A stretch of DNA of 64,000 bases, from positions 133,734,001 through 133,798,000 of the forward strand of contig OZ024740.1 of the NCBI GenBank assembly GCA_964016885.1. Reading direction: 5' to 3'. A program made the translations under genes and the position numbers. Shown one piece after another: positions 1 through 17,727 of the stretch. This DNA comes from Eledone cirrhosa. Lineage: Eukaryota. The stretch's first letter is position 1. Every line of letters begins with the position of its first letter. The notes under the pieces are model-generated. The model saw only the letters and a program-made list of their open reading frames with translations. It searched no databases and was not told the origin of the DNA.

Positions 1-75
<75 letters not shown>

Positions 76-1857
76 AAGCAATAAGATTTCACTCGCTTCA
101 AGCATAGCTTTATACAATATGTATAGAAATTTCGTATTTCGAAAGAAATACGATTTTAGGAACCCGTAGCTATGCGAACACCGGGGGTCTAATGCCCTCT
201 GGTGTTGTCTAGCAGAAGCAAGGAGGACAACTGTCTATGCATTTCAGGCTTGACTGGCCATCGTCAGGACGACACTTCCCACTTCTCTGCGACTGCTGGA
301 CTTGAAAACAGCCGTCTATGCATTTCAGGCTTACACAGACGAGAACACTAGATATGCTCGTCTGTTTTCAAGTCCAGCAGTCGCAGAGAAGTGGGTGGGA
401 TCGTCCTGGCGATGACCAGTCAAGCCTGAAATGCATAGACGGATTCCCTCCTGCTTCTGCTGGACAACACCAGAGGGCGTTAGCCCCCCAGTGTACGCAT
501 AGCTATGGCTTCCTAAAATCGTATTTCTTTCGAAATACGAAATTTCTATACATAATGTACTAGACCTGAAAGATGCGCAAGCTCAAAAGAGCCACAGAAT
601 GTTATAATAAACCTTCAAATTTGTGGGACTAGAGTTGTTGCTCAAAGATATTGTAATCATTATCTATCATACACTCTAGATGTATTTATTGTGATATTTT
701 TATAAAGGATGCCACAGAATGTAGGATAGATAATGATTATAATATTTTTGCGCAACAACTCTAGTCCCACACTTTTGAAGGTTTATTATAACATTCTGCA
801 GCTCTTTTGAGCTTGCGCATTTTTCAGGTCTAGTTTAATATTTTTTAAGGCAACGCTTATAATAACTCTAGTTAAACATGATATATATTAATAATAAATT
901 ATCGTTGTAATGTATAATTGATTATATAATTGTTATTTTATAAATGATCTTATAAATATTATTGTAAGATGTATAAAAATATTTTCAGACTTTTAATATA
1001 AATAACTACAAAAAACAATCAATATTAAATAAATATATTTTACATAATAATTGTTATAGTTGAATTAAGAAAAATTAAATATTACATACAAATAGTCTAA
1101 CATAAAACGAACAATAATAAGGACAAATATACAAGTAAATATGATACAACCAATATTATAAGCATGTTATAACAAACTGAAAAAAAAAATAGTTAATATA
1201 AATTTAAAAAATAGTTAATATAAATTAACAATATAACTTACCAAAACGAACAAAATATTTTGATGATAAACGACGACATACAGGAGGAAGATTCGAAAGC
1301 GAAACGATAAATAAACGTGCAAACAACATGGCAGATGCTTTTGAGCAACAATTACTCTCGTTGGTTGATTAACCAATAAGACGATGAAATTAGCCAATAA
1401 AACGATATATTACAAAACATGTTTGGCGATCACCTCGGCCAGGGATCACCACGACCAGCAACACCCCTTGAATTTTTTTATTCACAAGCTACGCATATAT
1501 GTCAGACACGCAGACAAAACATTTTGTTGTTAGTCACTGCGTGTCTAACATATAATGTTATGCTACAAGCGAAATCCTATTTCTTTTCTATTATAAGTTG
1601 AGCCAACTTATGCAGCTTCATATGCAAATGAGATTAATCACCTCATTTACACAGACGAGAAAACTATATATTCACGGCTGTTTTCAAGTTCAGCAGTCGC
1701 AGAGCAGTGGGATGGATCGTCCTGACGATGGCCAGTCAAACCTGAGATGCATAGACGGTTGTCCCCCTTGCTTCTGATAGACAACACCAGAGGGCGTTAG
1801 CCCCCAGTGTTAGCATATCTACGGCTTCCTAAAATCGTATTTCTTTCGAAATACGAA

Positions 1858-1865
<8 letters not shown>
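76..1865 (+). mobile_element. Non-coding HHR-bearing element with ~220-bp direct terminal repeats and an inverted 5' copy (non-autonomous PLE / retrozyme-like)
   Basis: 331-550 repeats directly at 1647-1865. 114-310 is an inverted copy of 362-559. A second fold-back lies at 560-833. AT-rich non-coding interior, (TA)n on both sides. Confidence 0.7.
233..271 (-). ncRNA. Minimal type I hammerhead ribozyme (core-mutated copies at 402-441 + and 1718-1757 +)
   Basis: Minus strand reads CGTC-CTGACGA-TGGC-cagtcaa-GCCT-GAAA-TGCA-TA-GAC: stem I, core, stem II, palindromic stem III, AUA site. Confidence 0.75.
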
Positions 1866-1921
<56 letters not shown>

Positions 1922-2007
1922 TGTTTGTTGAAAATAATCAAATTAAATTAATCCAACAGTTAAACACTAATAGAATAATAAGGTTGTTACCAAAGAGCCT
2001 AATGTGA

Positions 2008-2610
2008 CTAATAGCTCTAGGAAAGCCACAAACGACACCACATCTTTTCAACTTTGATTTTGAAAGTAGTTTTATAATTGTTCATTTTCGTTATTCTGCT
2101 GTAGCTGTCTCGGTGGCCTAGTTAGAGGATTCATAGACGGTGGTGATCCAGGTCTGAAGTTCGATCCTGGTTAGGTGTAGTTTTCCCGGTAAAACTTTTC
2201 AGTTTTTTTCTATGGGATGTAAAATAAAAACTGAAAAAGATTATATGTACCTCTTGACCAGGATTGAACACAAGACCAGGATCTCCATCGTCTCTACGAC
2301 TAGTCCACTGAGACAACTACAAAAAACTTATGAAATTTCATACATATAAATCAACATTCAAAATGTTCAATACAAAACGATGTGTTGTCGTTCATGCTTT
2401 CTTAATGTTATTGCTCCTACTTAAGGTCGAATTATAAATCATTTGGGTGTTTCACAAACTGAATACTCGTTTTGTTTCTCATCTAACTAGACTATATTTT
2501 AACCTGTAATCCATGTTTCATTTCTGTTGAAACTCACGCCTGCCCCCCCCCCCCCCCAACTCTCTCTCTTCTTTTCCCTGTGATATTTGAATCTACTATG
2601 ATTTGGGCTG
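2008..2610. mobile_element. Fold-back repeat with two convergent tRNA-like heads (second copy ~9262-9870)
   Basis: 2100-2178 (+, GTTCGATCC B-box) and 2248-2320 (-, GTTCAATCC) are inverted copies, and the outer arms are also inverted. The whole unit recurs at 9262-9870. Confidence 0.65.
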
Positions 2611-3530
2611 AATAAATAACATTTTTAAATAATACATAACTGGAAACAAAAGAGTGCAATCAAATTTTTGCAGAAAAATATCTTACCTTCTCCTATAAAA
2701 CAAATACGTTTTGAGAATTCCAGAGACTTTCAATAATGACCTTTGATCTTTCACACTCACTCAATATATATATATATATATATATATAATAAATGAAGTA
2801 TTTGAAATAGAAGCCAGGAATATCCGTCATCTAGCCCTCATAGGTATTTCTTCGAATTACAGACCATATACCTCAAGCTAGGGCGATGCAATAACTAAAT
2901 TAAGTTATTGGGATAAAAAGAGTTGGGTGGAGAAACAAAGACAGGTAAACAAACACGAATGGTGAGGCAACGTAAAGAGAGGAAAAAATGAGAAAATCAA
3001 GTCAATAATTCATTTGAACATAAGAACTTGCGAATATTGACAAAAAGGCAAAGATACATGTTGGCCGTGCGGATGTGAGCGAGGAAAGAATCTCGTACGG
3101 TGTGGGACGATGTAAGAAGTGAGAGAGAGGGTGAGTAGCAGAGAATGAGTGAGTGAAAGTGTGAGGAAGAGGCTAGCCGAGAGAGGGTGACTAGCAGAGG
3201 GGGTGAGTGAAAGTAAGTGGGAGAAGGAGATAGAAGGGGGAGAGAGAAAGAAGATAGCAGTAAGGGAAAAGAAAAAGACAGGTCACAGCGATGGGGAAAG
3301 CATATATGAATGAAAAATGGCGCGCTGTGTTGTTACAATTAGGATATATAAGTATATATATCCTATTTACAACAACACAGCTCGCCATTTTTCATTTATA
3401 TATATAGGAGTGCGTGTACATGTGTGCATGTGCATGTTGATATATAGATTTATATATGCTTTAAACTTGTACAAAAATCTTTAGGGAGCTAATTGACATC
3501 GTATATATATATTTATATATGTGTGTGTGA

Positions 3531-3589
<59 letters not shown>

Positions 3590-3759
3590 CATATATGTAT
3601 CTATATGTATGTGTGTATGTATGTATATATACACATACAAGGTGGTGTGTATATATATATATATATATGTATGCTTGTGTGTGTGTCTATATATGTATGT
3701 TTGCATGAATGAATGAAATGGTTGACCAAATGCTTTTTGCTTAATTGTTTTATTTATTT

Positions 3760-3936
3760 TTATAAATATGTTGTTCTTTCTCTTAGATTTCAGGTATTTT
3801 TTGAAAGTTAAGCTTTGAACCCTAAAATAATACAGAGGGCCCTGCAATGCTACTGTTGGCCCCTGCAATGCTACCGTGGGCCCCCTGGAGCCCACTTGCC
3901 ATTGGGCAACCTGGCCAGCTGACCAGTCCGCCATTG
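3760..3936. mobile_element. Right end of hAT-like MITE (same family as 9139-11004)
   Basis: Closely similar to ~10850-11004 and ends CCAGTCCGCCATTG. No left TIR seen. Confidence 0.7.
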
Positions 3937-4343
3937 GGCGTAAGTGTTATTATCGAAATATATATACCAGCAATTGTATAACGAATAAATGAGATAAATT
4001 CTAACCTTTTGACTTCATATGCTTCACTTTTGTCCGAGGCATGCAGTCCTACATGTATATTTCATCGAGTGGTCTATCCTGCGTACTTTAGTGTAGGTTA
4101 TTTAACCAACACATTTTATCCCAAATATATTTACATATATAATTGAGGTATTCACAACACCATTTTTGTATGTGTTTTTTGCATATATATTTATATACGA
4201 TATGTATAACACTTGAAAGCCTTTAGCTGTGAATTTTTGAACCTGTTGGTGGAGGGTCACCTAGCGTGTTCCAGCAGAAACAAGGGAAAGAGGAAATTAC
4301 CGACGATCGTTTTTTATTGATGGCCGATGTCAATAGAAGTCTC

Positions 4344-4411
<68 letters not shown>

Positions 4412-4570
4412 CAAAAGGGATATTAAATTTGTTGCTAATTCAACAAATATAAATGTTTATAACTGATTTAGAGAACTCGATAGGATTTCCCTTAACTATC
4501 CAAGAAAAACCTGAACCGTTAAGGTATATTTTCTTGGTTATGTCAACATTTATAAAACAAACTTTGTAAT

Positions 4571-4623
4571 TTATCTGATGAAAGCGTACCAAAGTTTTGG
4601 TACCCTTGAAATATATATAATAG
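4571..4623 (+). ncRNA. Type I hammerhead ribozyme in a short PLE 3' fragment (~4390-4672)
   Basis: TTAT-CTGATGA-AAGcGTACCAA-agtt-TTGGTACcCTT-GAAA-TATATA-TA-ATAG, followed by AATAAA and (TA)n. Confidence 0.75.
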
Positions 4624-4696
4624 AATAAATATGGTTTTATAAATATAGTTTCCATTTATTTATTATCATTGTATATATATATATATATATATATAA

Positions 4697-7620
<2,924 letters not shown>

Positions 7621-8547
7621 ATATATATATATATATATGTATATTTATGTATATACATATATGTGTGCGTATGTATGTATGTATGTATGTATGTATGTAT
7701 GTATGTATGTATGTATGTATAATCGTGGCCTGTCGAAGGATTATCCGGCATTACTTCTTCTAGTGGCACGTAATGAGGTTAGGAAAAGGAACGTGTGCAT
7801 AGCTGAGCCGCATACGACCGTGTGCTTGCGCTGTTTTTGCTAGTGAGTTTCCTGTGTCAATTGCTGTAAGACAACCATGCTGTGTGGTAGAAAATTTCTT
7901 ACACGTCACATTTTCTTTCGGCGAATACTGTCAGTATAGATCCTGAGTTCATGATTAACATTATAATTGATGTGGGAGTACTACAAGGAAAGCAACGCTT
8001 AGTCTTCACACTGGAAACATCAAACGTAGCTGAGGAATATAAAACCACGTATGATGTGATGTAAATCAAGGCATTGTTGACGCTTCTCCTACTATCGAGA
8101 TGTTGAGAATCATGAATACAAAACAAAATTGTTACAAAGTGTTTTGGGGTGTGCCCGCTGGAAGCACCAGTCAGTGTTATACGCTCAACATTTAGAGGGC
8201 TGTACTACTTATTCATTTAGCTCGACACTACCATCAAAGATCCTAAGTTTCTGAATACCTTAACTCTAGATGAGATGGGTGTGTATGAGGAAATATTGGA
8301 AAGCAATTAAGGAAGTATCCAACGTCGACAAGGATCCCCGAAAACATGATAGGTTTGGAGCAAAACCAAGAGGATGCTGAATGTTTTCTTCAAATACCGA
8401 AGCATTTTGCCTCATGTATAAGCACCAGACAAAAATCAGTTGCCCAAAAAGGAAGCCCTCTGATATATTCGTGATGAAATTCAGCGCAAGTGACCGGTTT
8501 TGTAAGCCTCGCAGAGCTGTGAGCTCCATAATGATATCGTTGCGGCG

Positions 8548-8599
<52 letters not shown>

Positions 8600-8859
8600 A
8601 TGTGTGTGTATGTGTGTGTGTTAGAGTGTTTGTGTGAGTGTCTGTGTGTGTGAGTGTGTGTGTCTGTGTATGTATGGGAGGTGTAACAAGAGTTACGGAT
8701 GGCGCGTCGGGCGAAGCACTCAACGCAGTTACGAGGTCCGTTTCTTTTGGGTTGTCTTCCAAAGTTAATGCGGCTGTAGGGCACAGAGTATAAATAGATT
8801 CAAAATAAACGAAGTCAGTGCTGTAGCATATATCTAAACCTTATTGGCATATATAACTC

Positions 8860-8948
8860 GCATATCTGACGAAGTGTCAAAAAAGTGTCCAGCCCCGTAA
8901 TCTTCATTGTATCCTGAGCTTAGAGAAAGCGAAACAATTGTAATATGT
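8860..8948 (+). ncRNA. Degenerate type I hammerhead with long stem II region
   Basis: GCATAT-CTGACGA-(58 nt, weak pairing)-GAAA-CAATTG-TA-ATATGT. Confidence 0.5.
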
Positions 8949-9048
8949 CTATAAAGTCTGTACATGTGCTGCAAAATTGACTTCGATGCTTTCATATATA
9001 TATATATATATGGGGGGGGGGGGGTACGCACGTGTGTGTGTGTGTATC

Positions 9049-9080
<32 letters not shown>

Positions 9081-9138
9081 ATGAGAGAGAGAGAGAGAGA
9101 CAGACAGACATACAGACAGAGAGAAATGTATATATAAA

Positions 9139-11004
<1,866 letters not shown>

Positions 11005-11246
11005 TATATAAATGAAATGTTTCTTTGTGTATGTTAAGTTTGTAGCCAGAAATAAGAAAACGAGCACCTACAAGACAATATTAATATATTCATTATACCA
11101 CCGGGCAAGTAATGGCGAATATTATTTTGCTTTACAAAGTATGACAAGTAAATATTTCCGTATACATATGGAAAAATCGCAACATTTTGACTTGCATCCA
11201 TAACATAAATATATATATACGAAATGTTGCAAAGAGTTACTTTCAC

Positions 11247-11378
11247 ATAATTATTTTATTGCATAATATACATTTCAATGACATGGTCATGCAATTATTA
11301 ATCGCATGGAAACTACCAACGATATATTAATTGCATAACCATGTCATTGTAATATATATTATGCAATAAAACAATTAT
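11247..11378. repeat. Imperfect AT-rich hairpin / fold-back
   Basis: ATAATT..TTATTGCATAATATA..CAATGACATGG arm mirrored by CCATGTCATTG..TATATTATGCAATAA..AATTAT. Confidence 0.75.
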
Positions 11379-11666
11379 ATAACAATGACGCTATCTTAAC
11401 AGTATTTCTTAAATAGGAACTCCGTCACCAACATTTTGTTGGAAATACACAACTGATGTGGAGTGAATTTTGACAGCTTAAATAGGTCTATACACGCGGC
11501 GTTACAACATCACCCCCACGGAGAAGCACCCTAATTATATGCTTATATATATATATATATATATACATTCATACATATATCAACGGTGGAATACTTAAGG
11601 GGCGTTTAGCAAGATCCAATTTAAAAGTATGTGTTATTTTTTCAAATGTTAATTGAACGCATATAA

Positions 11667-13431
11667 GACCGTGTAATATAATTTTTGTTCCCCGGTTCTA
11701 AGTCGCATTTCCTGGTTTGTTATATCTCATTATTATTAAAAGAACACTATTATTTAATGAGAGGTCTGGGTTTGTGGTCATGAGTTTGATATTTCGAAAT
11801 TTTCATATTTTTCAAGAAAAAACACATGTTTTTTTTAATTTATCAGTTCATATAATTAAATCAACAGAGTATATATTTATTTTATTACACAAGCTTATCA
11901 AAAGCAAACAAGTAAAAACAAATAACACTTATAAAGCAACTTATACACGTCAGAAATGACTGGATTTCCCGGATTTGCGGTTGTAGTCCAGGTCGCATTC
12001 CCGCACTAGCCACCAGATATAATCACAAATCATTTTTTCATTGTAGTGGCCCTAGTTCCTCCGCTCTATCTCTTTCACATCTTGGTGGAATCGTTCGCCT
12101 TGTTCTTCTGAGTAGGCGCCCATATTTTCCTTGAATTTTTCCAGGGGAGCGTCCAGCATATGGAGTTTAAGCGACCACCTGCATCCCATGGCGCCAAAAG
12201 CCTTTATCAGATCCTGCACCAGTTGCTGGTAGTTTTCAGCTCTGTAGTTTCCCAGGAAGCTCTTAACAACTGTCTTGAAACAGTTCCATGCTGTTCTCTC
12301 AATCCTATTGAGCTTATTGGAGAACTCGGTATACTGAAACACCTTCTTTATCTGAGGTCCAACAAAAATTCTACCTTTGATTTTGGCCTCAGATAACTTG
12401 GGGAAGAACTCAAGAACGTACTTAAAAGCGGCTGATTCTTGGTTGAGAGCCTGCATAAACTGCTTCATCAACCCCAAATTAATGTGCAGTGGTAGCATGA
12501 GCACAATCCTGGGACCAACCAGTGTATCCCACATGACGTTCCGGGTCCCAACTACAAATTCTGTTCGCTGCTCCCAGTTCTTTCTTTTTTAGTGGTCAGA
12601 TGTGGCTCTGCTGTCCCAAAGGCAGAAGAAGCATTGGAATTTGATAAAGCCTCCTTGGAGTCCAAGCAGGAAAGACACCATCTTGAAGTCTCCAATGATT
12701 TCCCAATTGTACTGGTTGTATTGTAGAGCTTCCAAGAGAACTTTCACACTGTAGTAATCTTCCTACAGGCAGACTGGATGAGCTAGGGGCAGTGTCGGGA
12801 ACTTGTTTCCATTGTGGAGCTGTCTATAAATAGCCGCCACTCCTTGGGCACAAACGGCACCCCAATAACGTCAAACAGTCCAGGCACGCCATGGCAGAAG
12901 CAGAGGTCATCCCTAAGAGTGTAAAAGCCTGAGAAAGGTTCGTGTCGACTTCTCTGACTTGTTACTTGCACTTCCTCCTTGACCAAGTTCCACTGCTTCA
13001 TCCTGGAAACGAATAGCTCTGCATTTGTCTTGGTCAGACGCATATCACTGACCAAGTCATTGACTTCTTGTTGGTTTTGGAAGTGAGGAACTTTTCCTGG
13101 TACCCCAGTATCAATAAATCTCTTTAATCCACTTTTTAACAAGTTTATACTTTATTGCACTTTTATAATTTTCCTTAGGTATTATTCTTTATTTTATAAT
13201 TTTAATTTAAGCTGAAACATATATTAAAAAAATCATGTAACATAAGCAAATTAAACTTACATACAACGTAAAATCCAGCATACAAATAATTCTAGTGAAT
13301 AGCTTAGAATTTTCACAAACCCCAACTTTTAACTGTTTAATAGCACTTTTCTATTTATTTGGGACCTAAGCAACACAAAAAAGTGATTACAAGCCAGGAA
13401 CAGAGAAAAATAATGCTTTTGTTACACGGTG
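11667..13431 (-). mobile_element. DNA transposon with degraded DDE-type transposase (PLHIKLGL..EQGERFHQD family; superfamily uncertain)
   Basis: TIRs ACCGTGTAA..GTTCC / GGAAC..TTACACGGTG. ORF pieces WRLFIDSS, LPLHINLGLMKQF, SLKLHML, YSEEQGERFHQD, broken by stops and frameshifts over ~11960-13110. Confidence 0.85.
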
Positions 13432-13489
13432 TAATCATTAAGGATATTTAATAAAATTGGAGATATAAATCCATGCGATGGAAATAAAT

Positions 13490-13545
13490 ACTGGTGGGAA
13501 TCGAAACACACCATTGCGTATGTGGCAGAGCGTGCTACCACTATA
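13490..13545 (-). repeat. Degenerate tRNA-derived SINE head (similar relics ~23005-23055 - and ~58820-58885 -)
   Basis: Minus strand TAGTGGTAGCAC..TTTCGATTCCCACCAG, A/B-box like. Does not fold as a tRNA. Confidence 0.45.
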
Positions 13546-13599
13546 AGAAATCCTGCCATATCTTTCGATGAATTGAAAGCCCATATCTTTCTATTATAT

Positions 13600-14535
13600 T
13601 CTTCCTTCTTATTATTCCTGAGAGGCTCATGCGGTGGGGGTAGAGTGTAGAGTGATCAAACAATCCTTCCAATGGGTCCTATTAGAAGCAACCGTCTCCA
13701 ACTGACCTGGCTAGATCTCCAAGCGAGACCAGCCAACCTCATGGATGTTATCTAACCATGTTGCTCGGGGTGGTTGGTTTTGCCCGTAAGATTTGTCCAG
13801 CGATTCTTTCCTGAGATATTCTAACCACATGCCCATAATATGGGAGCTGTGATGTCTCAATTCGGAAATGTAGCGACTCTACTTGAAATGACTCTCTAAT
13901 TTTCGAGCAACGCATTCAATATCGTAACGTTACTCCAAAGACCCTAAGTATGAACCTTATTTCAGCCGCTTGTATTCGCGATCGTATTCTTTCGTTCATT
14001 ACCCAAGATCCATGACCATGGGTAAGGGTTAGCATAAATACCGAATTGAAGATTGCTGAATGATGAAGCTGGCACATTACTGCACCAGCATCTGCAATTC
14101 TTGCACTTAATTCAGCCTCCTGTCTTCCATTACTTGTGAACACGGCCCCGTGATATTTGATTTTCTTTAACTTCTTCATTGGAACTCCATTTACATGTAG
14201 AGTACACTGTACAGTCTTCCGTGAGATGACGAGCGTCTCAGTTTTCGCCACACTGATTTTCATTCTAGCCATGCAGCACCTATCAAGTGTAAGTCGGAGA
14301 TCACCTTCTGCCAAGATAGGTAACACAATGTCGGCGGCAAATTCCAGCAAAACTGATTTTACAACCACCAGTCATGATACCACTCCCAACCCGGCTGCGC
14401 ATGTCAATCTTGTTCATGTAAAAAATGAACAGGTGAGGTGACATTACGCACCCTTGGCGGAATAAGATTCCCACGTCAAGTGATTTTGAAATAGCATCTT
14501 TTATCCGAACACAAATACTTCCGCATTCGGGCAGC
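13600..14535 (-). mobile_element. RTE-clade LINE (Rex3/Expander-like) RT 3' fragment
   Basis: RQGCVMSPHLF, FAADIVL, MKISVAKTE, KYHGAVFTSNGRQEAELSARI, RSRIQAAEIRF; frameshifted. Confidence 0.85.
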
Positions 14536-14728
14536 AAGGAACTCACTATCAATCCCTGTAAAAAAATGGAAGGTTTAGGGAGTGTGTAATAAGATTGTGA
14601 TTTAAGTTTTTTTTTTCTTTGTGATGTGGTGGTGCTTTTACAAAACCTATTGCAACGCATATTGACTATAAATAATTGAATAACAAACACATCAATACTA
14701 TTGCAACACTGTATTACTATTATTATAA

Positions 14729-15105
14729 AGGGTCGGACGCCATGCTTTGACGCATAGAGTCACGGCCCTTGCCATTATGAGTTCAAATCCCGCCGAGGTT
14801 AACTTTGCTTTCATGTTTATGGGATCGATAAAATAAAGTACCAGTAATAAACTGGGTAATTGCTGGCCTTGTGCCAAAAGTAGAAACAATTATTATTATC
14901 ATCATAGGGCAGTGGATTGGCAGTATCAATAGAGGGTAGGACGCCATGCTTTGCAGCATAGAGTTACGCGCCTTTACGGTCTGAGTTCAAATCCCACCGA
15001 GGTTATCTTTGCCTTTCATCCTTACGGGGTCGATAAAATAAAGTACCAGTAATACACTGGGATAGATAATTGCTGGCCGTGTGCCAAAAGTAGAAACAAT
15101 CATTA
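14729..15105 (+). mobile_element. Two tandem copies of a tRNA-headed SINE (third copy ~52505-52705)
   Basis: GAGTTCAAATCCC..GAGGT..CTTTGCCTTTCATCC..GGGGTCGATAAAATAAAGTACCAGT..GTGCCAAAAGTAGAAAC repeated. Resembles an abundant octopus repeat (from recall). Confidence 0.8.
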
Positions 15106-15348
15106 CCTCCCTTGAACTTGACGGGATCTCATGTATAAATAACGTCAGCCATCTCATTTCTGGCATTAACGATAATCAACAACTAGCATGGGTAGTATCT
15201 CCATGACCTATAATATATTAGGCATTGAAACATTATTATTAATAATATATATGTATATATATATATAATGAAGGAATTGTGGTAAGGAAGCAGATGGACC
15301 ATAACGCACCAGAGTACTCAAGTAGAGTGGGTAATAGGAAAATGTATG

Positions 15349-15444
15349 ACCCCGACGGCAGAGCTCAAGCCGTTTCGGCGGCTATTTCTTGACAACATTA
15401 AAATTTTTAGCGTGGTAAATAAATAGCCGAACTTTTCAGGGGGT
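15349..15444 (-). ncRNA. Type I hammerhead of family X (this copy C3/A8 mismatched)
   Basis: ACCCC-CTGAAAA-G..CGGCTATTT-loop-AAATAGCCG.C-GAAA-CGGC-ttgagctct-GCCG-TC-GGGGT. Confidence 0.7.
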
Positions 15445-16945
15445 ACTTCCTTATATGGGAAGATTGTAGTTGTCAAGAGGATTGGTCAAAATTTCTTGTA
15501 AACACAATTAAGTCTATCATGGCAGTGGGTGGGAGGTGGTGGTGGCTGAACTTGCCTGTAGAACAATGAGAGAGTGGGTGGAGCCGGTCAAGCTTTGAAA
15601 GTGAAATCTATACAGCAAATTCTAAGGCCAGAGGAAGTAGGCGAAAAAGGATTCTGGAGAAAATAGAAAAGTGACGTTATAGAATAGGTAAATCAAATGA
15701 GATTAGGAGATAATAAATAAATAAGAGAAAAATATATAAAAATATAAAATTGGAGAGTAAGAAGTGATAAAAAAAACCGTAGAGTCTAAAACAGCTGCTA
15801 TATTTAGTTGGTTTTGCGTGTTCGGCCAATGCTATAGAGTAGGTTAATAAGTTGAGGATAGAAGATACTAAATAAATAAAAATTGTTGAAATTTTAGAAT
15901 TCGGTAGTAAAAAGTAATACAAAATCTCCTGAGCCTAGAACAGCTGCTATAATTAGTTTGTATTGCGATTTTAGCCAATGTTATCTTTAATTTACTGGGG
16001 TGGGGGTACTGAGGCTACAAAGGCCCGATGGGCTGCCTCCGGGTAGGCGAAAGGAGAAAGAGGAAGAAGATAGCGAGTGGAAGGAAGTGATAGGAAGAGA
16101 CAAAGGGAAGAAGAAAACAGAAAGCAAAAGAAAAGAGGTATATCTACCTATGTAAGCTGGGGTTTCCTCTATCTTGTTCGGCAAGCCATTGTCTACCCAC
16201 CCGGGTCATTAGGGGGTTTGAGGGCGAGGTAAGTCCTACGCAATCAGTGTTTGCATGCAGTTACTAGTTCGTCTTTTTTGTTTGGGAGATGGTCCTTCGT
16301 AAACAGCATTTGTAATGTTTCCTCCGAGCATAAGTTACACGGACGGCGTCCTCCCGTTAGCCCTGGACAATAAGCTCCAAGTAAGATTGTATGTTATGTT
16401 ATTATCTTGGAGGTCCCAGATGTGGCCCAAAAGTTTAGTGGCATGTCGCCGGGCTGAGTTTCGGAACGTATGTCGGTGTTGGTAGAGCTGGGTCTTAAAG
16501 TCACAGGCGGTTATTCCTATATAAGCTTTTTTAGAGGTGTCCGTCCTCCCGGTTGCACTGGTAGATCACGTTACGTTCTCGGCATTTGTTGTTTAGGTGG
16601 CTCGTAGATCTACCAGGGCAGTTACACCTCCTGGTCGGCTCTCCACTAATGTCTAGGTTGTTTCTTCCATAGGGGTTGAGATTTTTGTTGTTTGAGAAGG
16701 CAATGTTTTGTGCGAAGTTGGGTGTGGTCCTGTAGGAGATTTTATAGTGTTTTTGTTGATTATGTTGTGGTAGTGGTGTTGTGGTGAGAAGTGTTTTTCC
16801 AGGAGCTTTCCATCTACTCCCCCATTGTTCTACAGGAAAGTTCAGCCACCCCACCTCCCACCCACTGCTATGATAGACTTAATTGGGTTTACAAGAAATT
16901 TTGACCAATCCTCCTGACAACTTCAATCTTCCCATATAAGGAATT

Positions 16946-17041
16946 ACCCCTTGAAAAGTTCCGCTATTTATTTACCACGCTAAAAATTTTAATTTAGTCC
17001 AGAAATAGCCGTCGAAACGGCTTGAGCTCTGCCGTCGGGGT
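16946..17041 (+). ncRNA. Type I hammerhead of family X, U3-A8 core
   Basis: ACCCC-TTGAAAA-stem II-GAAA-CGGC/GCCG-TC-GGGGT. Confidence 0.78.
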
Positions 17042-17051
17042 CATACATTTT

Positions 17052-17088
<37 letters not shown>

Positions 17089-17158
17089 CTATATTTGTTT
17101 TGCCCGTTAAACTTTTGCCGTTCTTGAGGAGATTTTTTCAAATATTTCACTGTTTTAA

Positions 17159-17234
17159 ATTGCCTTGTGTGACGAACAAATGAGGACGTTTCTTGTATTC
17201 GTCTTATTCAGGAAACCTCTGGTAATGAGGTAAT
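17159..17234 (+). ncRNA. Type I hammerhead (C3 mutated) in PLE 3' fragment 17087-17338
   Basis: ATTGCCTTGT-gTGACGA-..TGAGGACG/CGTCTTA..-GAAA-CCtcTGG-TA-ATGAGGTAAT. Shares the tail GCTCTGTAACC..ATAGAGCACTC with 21516-21542. Confidence 0.6.
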
Positions 17235-17334
17235 TATATTGTATTGTTTATTATACATTAAATTTAGCTCTGTAACCTATATAGAGCACTCTTCACTCCT
17301 ATGACCTTTTCAATTTTCAACGGAAACTTCAATA

Positions 17335-17412
<78 letters not shown>

Positions 17413-17693
17413 TGTTGTATTCCTCTCGGTACTCGCAGAGAAAACACAACGAGTTATATCAAATAATTTGTGTATTGTACGAAACAGCCAAAACGCTCCT
17501 CCTCACAGAAGCAGAATAACATAAAGTAAGTGACAGCAGCAGTCTGTAACCGAGTTTTTAATACCAGCGCTGACTGACTGCCCAGGTCACGTGATTCATA
17601 TGCAAATGTGTGAGCACGTGTAAATTGAATAAAACGAATTTAACAGTCCATACAACAATGAGGTTGTGAGTTCGATTCCCAGTCCATACAACA
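17413..17693 (-). repeat. 3' LTR of Ty3/Gypsy element
   Basis: TGTTGTA..TACAACA termini. Polypurine tract GGGGAGG immediately upstream on the minus strand (17694-17700). Confidence 0.85.
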
Positions 17694-17727
17694 CCTCCCC
17701 ACCGAAATTGATGCGACAAAAGAAGCA

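Larger units (their letters stand above)
15267..17055 (-). mobile_element. 5'-truncated Penelope-like element (family X) with inverted 5' pLTR
   Basis: GIY-YIG relic at ~16230-16760 (KISYRTTPN..CNC..CRERNVIYQC, then YIGIT). 16825-17055 is an inverted copy of ~15330-15570. (TA)n on both sides. Confidence 0.9.

Noticed and set aside
2100-2320. Possible tRNA genes (also 13490, 23005, 58820)
   Set aside because: No complete cloverleaf; these are SINE-like heads.
7770-8550. Higher-complexity stretch that might be coding or an old transposon
   Set aside because: No recognisable motif in any supplied frame.
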